A stretch of DNA of 64,000 bases from Monocercomonoides exilis PA203 (Eukaryota; Protista; Preaxostyla), in assembly GCA_001643675.2 (NCBI GenBank), contig LSRY02000012.1, positions 1 to 64,000 on the forward strand. The letters run 5' to 3'. Made by a program: the position numbers and the translations under genes. Every line of letters starts with the position of its first letter. The first letter of the stretch is position 1. The notes under the pieces were generated by a model, which saw only the letters and a program-made list of their open reading frames with translations, did no database searches and was not told the DNA's origin. Below, piece by piece: positions 59,301 through 64,000 of this stretch.

Positions 59301-62300
59301 TGTGACATCATCCTCATCCACCGATCCTAATCCATTCACACTTCCTGGCTCAAACGTATCTTCCTCATCTTCCTCTGCATTTGTCTCTCTCACCCCATCT
59401 TCCTCGACGCCTGTTGCACCTGCCATCACTTCGACCTCTTCTTCTCTGATAGGCTCGTCTGTGGTGCTGTCGCCGTATGACTCGAATTCCATCCACGACA
59501 ATCCCTTTCTGCTTCTCTTGCCTTCCAACTGGGCTGCCTCGTTTGACACCTTTTCTGCTCGCCCACTCCGCTCAGTTTGCGCCAACGCTGACACAATCAA
59601 AGCAGACGATACAGCTGTCGATTCTGATCGATGCCTCTCCTTTTCACACAACCCGTCATTTGACAGCAATCTCCTCTCAATTGCTGGCCCTGCTCCGTTG
59701 TATCCAGCCATCGGAGGGCTGTTCCTGCAGCCATTTTCGCAGCGATTCAGCAGCGTGTGCCAGCTAACCATTGCGTCTTCTGTCTTTCTGTCGTCTTGCA
59801 TGACACACATCTCATCCACTGTGGACACCTTCCTCTCTTCTTCTCCATTGACTCCATCGATTCTGCAGTCGAAGCTTCCTTCTCATTCACTTGCACTCCG
59901 CTCCAACATTCTCCTCACTTCTGCACTTTTGGTCGAAGTGATCGCAGAAAGCGAACGGCAAAGCAAAGCACTCGAAAGCAAAGCAGCAAGCGAAAAAGGA
60001 AAGCTCTTTGAAGACAGCCCAAAGACACCTGGAAGAGGAAGCTCAGGGCCAAAGCCACTTTCAGCGCTGGAGACAGCGATGGCTGTGATGACAGGTGCGT
60101 CTGTTGAAACAGAAAGGGCAAATGCGAAAGGATCCAGCTGGACAGCTCGGCTGACTTCGATTGCGAGACACGCAGCGATTGGCACAGGAACATGTGTGTG
60201 TGCAACACAACAGCCAGACACAAACATTATTCCTTTGATGACACTCATCCAACGTCTATCTAATGCATCTGCCCAACCTGGACAGGCGCCGACATCAGCC
60301 ACATCACCCACTGAAGGAGCAAAAGACCAGTCGCGTGCACATCTCTCAGCATTTGCTGCAACAGTCACTGTTGTCGATGACTATTCACTCGATCCAAACA
60401 GCCTCCTTCGCTTCTGCTCCTCTCGTGTCATCTGCATGTTAGCCATGTTCCCTCCAAATGGGCTGATTGGCGTCTCCCCTGAGCCTGCAAACGATCCAAA
60501 CAGAGTTTCTGGCTACAAAGAGAAAGACAAACGCCTTTCGAGACACTCTTCACGCGATGGCTCAAGTGGAAGTGGAGCAACTTCTGACTCGTCCATCATT
60601 GCCATTCAACAAGGCTTAGTCACTTCGCTTTTCAATCTCCTCACTCCTCGGATTGTTCAGTTTCTCCATCCTCTTTTCAGAGTCGATGGCGTTGTTTACA
60701 CAATTACTCAGTTTATTTCCTATTCATTTCTTCATCCCACTCTCTTTTCTGCCTCGCAAGATAAGACATTTCTGACTGCTTTTATTTCTGTTCTCCTCAA
60801 ATTATCTGCCCATCCAATGCGAACCATCCACATCTGCGCATTAAGAGCACTTGTGCAGATCTTGTCTTCTGCCATCAGTGCTACAAGCTATTCATTCCAG
60901 CAGCAATCATCTCATTCATCTTCCTCCTCCTCTCCTCCTCCATCTCCTTCGCCTTCCCTTTCCTTCTCTGACCCCACAACCACACCTGTCTATGCACTGG
61001 CCACAACCATCACGACGATGCTGTCTTCGCTTGCCTCTCTCCTCACAACACCCACACACGACTATCCTTTAGCCATCTCGCTTGTCTCGCACGTGGTCAC
61101 TCTCTGTCTGCAATGTGCACAAGCTGCTGTCTCTCTCTTTGCCCGCATTCTGTACACCTCCAACCTCCCAGCCAGCACTACACTTATGTCTGTTCTCCCG
61201 TCTCCGCTCCACTCAATCGTCCCAACTTGCACCATTGCTGCATTCAATGTCCTCTATTCACTCTCGACTTACCCATCTTCTTCTCTTTCTTCTGTTCGCA
61301 ATCAGATGGCTCTTGTTCTCCTGTTGACTGCACCTACATCCAACCTCTCGTTCTCCTGCCTTCCTTTCATCAGAAGATGGTTCTACTGCGGAAGTGCCTA
61401 TCTCAAGCAAGTATCGCTGGCTTATCTGCTCGGAACACTCTTTCCAACAGACAACGAAGAGGACAATGAGGCAAACATTGAAATTGAGCGCATGCTGACT
61501 GAACGAGGCATCTCGCGCCCTTCTTTCCCAGCGACCCATCTCACTCCGCCAATCTCTCTTGTTCTGTCGCTTTTGAGGGAGTGTCTGAAGCAGTTGGATG
61601 TGGAAGAGGAGGCAGAAGAGGAGACAGACACAACTGTCCTCCTTTCTGCTCTTATTTCACGTTCCATTGCCTTTTTAGAGTGCTACCAGCCGATTGCTCT
61701 ATTTGAGCTCCTTCTCAGCATTCTTCGTTCTCCCACACATCCATCAGAAGTGGCAATTGCATCGAATTCCACTTCTGTTGCAAGCACGACAACAAGAACA
61801 GCAACAACAGGCACCGCAGCAGAAGCACAGACGTCCACACAGCAATCATCAGAGTCAATTCCTCTGCCACTCACACGCCATCCGTATGTTGTGAGTGGCA
61901 GTGCAGCATCTTCCTCTTCATCATCCAGCACAACGCACGGAGAATGGATAGACAGCAGCAAAGATCTGACACAAGCAAGAAGGATGGACCAGACAGCAGC
62001 AGGAAAAGAGGGAGAAAGTGCTGGAGGAAAGGAAAAGAAGAAGTTTGGTGAAAGGGAAGGCGAAGAGGTGGAGATGGGTCTGCTGAGTGAAATGACAGAC
62101 TACAGCGACGAGGGAATGACAGTGTCTGTGTCAATGGCATTTGGAGGAGGAGAAGGAGGAGGAGGAGGACAAGGAGGAGGAAGAGGGCTGATGGGCAGTT
62201 TGGGAGAAGACGAAACTCCACTTTTGTATGACGAGGACGAAGATGATTTGGGGAAGCCTTTACGATTGAAAGAAAAGAGATTGGCTGGAAATCAGATGGA

Positions 62301-64000
62301 AGAAGAAGAAAACAACGAAGAAGATGAAGAAGAAGACGATTTTGTGTCACGAAGAAGAAGAGAAGAAGAAGAAGAAGACGAAAATGAGGGAATTTTGGGA
62401 GATCAAAACTTTGACGACGAAGATTCTGTAGATGATGATGGAGAAGGACTCAGCAATTTCGGTAGAGAAAATGCCATGTTGCAGGGAAGAAAACAAAAAG
62501 GAAGACAACAAGAAGTTCCATCTGTGCAGGAAAAGAAAAAGAAAAAGAAGAAGAAAAATGAAAAAGCAGAATATTCTGAGAAAGCGAAAGGGATTTCACA
62601 CGAAGGAGTGGGCAGTCAGCTGATGAAGCTCAATCCATCTGGCTTTATGACAGCATATCAGTCACCCTGGCTACTCAGAACGCCTTCATCCTCAGACTCG
62701 CTGAGGATGTCTGCGCCTTCTTCGATTCTTGCCCCTTCTGCCTCTCAGGCAACAATCGACTTCTCAACCGATCTTCAGCGTCTGGTTGTGCTGGAAACAT
62801 TGTTTGCAAGTCCCGACGACGAAGACATTCGAGCCCATTCATTCAATACTTTCTGCTTTTCGATCCAGAGACGCATTTCCGCACTGAAAGAGCTGAGCGG
62901 AGTACTTATTCTTCTGCTTTACTCGATCCCTAGCGAGACACAACCACCTGCATCGACAATACACCCAACCCTTCTGCCGTTCTTTGGCTATGCCCGTTCA
63001 ATGCGACTGATGCGAGAAGAAGTCTGCCGATCGTTTTTGGCATTTCTCCACCAGCAGTTCCTCTCCATCGTCTCGTTGCTGTCTCAAATAGCAACAACTG
63101 CACCATACACAGGACTAACCCAATCAACCAGGCTATCTCCTTCACTCCGTCCTATCCACACTCTTTCTCTGCACAGCGAGCGACTACAGGAAAGTGCATT
63201 GAACTGCATCTCTTTTCTGACTCAGATTATTGCACTTTCCTTTGGAGAACCATCTGCCCCTGGAACAACATTTATTCCACAGCCCTCGCGTCTGTCTGAC
63301 GATGAGGATGAATGGGGAATGCAGCAGCGAATGCAAGACGACGACGACCAGGACGATGATTTTGACAGTGACACTTGGATCATCACGCGTGCAGAGGTGC
63401 AGCTGACTCTTTCTGTGCGCACAACAGCTGAATGCTTGTGGAAGCAGCTAAATTTGTCAAACATCCTAAGCACAAAGGCAGCTGATGCTGGTAATTGCGA
63501 AGTTACGCCTTCTCATCTCCATCAGATTCCATCTTTTGCACAGACTGCTTCATTACCTCGCTTCATGGCTGCTGCCTCTGTCGCCTCGACTTTTCTTCTT
63601 TCGGGCGCATTCTCGTTCGGTGCCACAGCCGAGCACATTTTTGACTTGCTCATTGCACCTGCATTCCACGTTCCGTCCAACTTCGACCTGTCCATTTTTG
63701 CAGGAGAATTCAAATGGCACGCAATGACATCGCTGGCACAGCAGCTATTTGGAGATCTTGTTGTTGCAGGTGATCCTCATCTTGCGGGAGACACATCTGC
63801 CTGCCTTTCTGTCTCTCTTTGTTCGTCGCTGTGTGCTCTTCTCTTTCGGTTGGTGCGAAGTCTTGCTCTTCTTTCGCTGGCTGCCTTTTGCACAGACAAC
63901 ACACCTCTCCGCAGAGATGCGCCATCAACTCCATTCAACCAGTGGATCCGAAGAATGAAGCGAACGAAGAAAGAGCTTCGCACTTTTCTGACGCCACATC
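53366..64000 (+). CDS. Very large HEAT/ARM-like protein, possibly HEATR5/Laa1-like (3' partial)
   Basis: Exon 1 53366-~54465, intron to ~54646, then a frame that is open at every point spot-checked up to 64000 (absent from the ORF track, consistent with no stop in the window). Segments LEKTLNDDSYPYRIQVVASQSMG, LLKAYTLSLLL..PPQFLLANI, IHICALRALVQI and LETLFASPDDEDIR resemble HEATR5. Many Ser-rich inserts. Confidence 0.6.

Overview
Left end of a linear eukaryotic chromosome from an AT-rich, intron-rich anaerobic protist that uses the standard code. The gene content and a lineage-typical multicopy gene family suggest an oxymonad such as Monocercomonoides; this is inference, not a database match. 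Layout from the end inwards: (1) ~3.57 kb (CCCTAA)n telomere. (2) A 4.1-kb segment bracketed by telomeric repeats, encoding one intronless 888-aa tyrosine recombinase with a complete R-K-HxxR-W-Y catalytic set fused to a C-terminal telobox-like Myb domain; no reverse transcriptase is nearby. (3) A ~5.2-kb repeat- and hairpin-rich rDNA-spacer-like region that includes a pair of oppositely oriented lox-like palindromic sites. (4) The last ~1 kb of a 28S rRNA gene pointing at the telomere and cut off at the peptidyl-transferase GGGATAAC motif. (5) A subtelomeric multicopy-family gene. (6) A dense housekeeping block: NXF1/Mex67, NOC4, DDX23/Prp28, a very large Ski2, ARP6, a 50-aa SMIM30-like membrane microprotein missed by the ORF track, a short CEP135/Bld10-like protein, ADP-forming acetyl-CoA synthetase, TFIIE-alpha and RPS17. 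(7) A pogo-type DD35D transposon with TIRs and a decayed Merlin/IS1595-type transposase. (8) A >3,400-aa HEAT-like gene running off the window. The best candidate for an undescribed system is the telomere-embedded, rDNA-linked tyrosine recombinase-Myb element. All family assignments come from motif recognition by eye; no searches were run.
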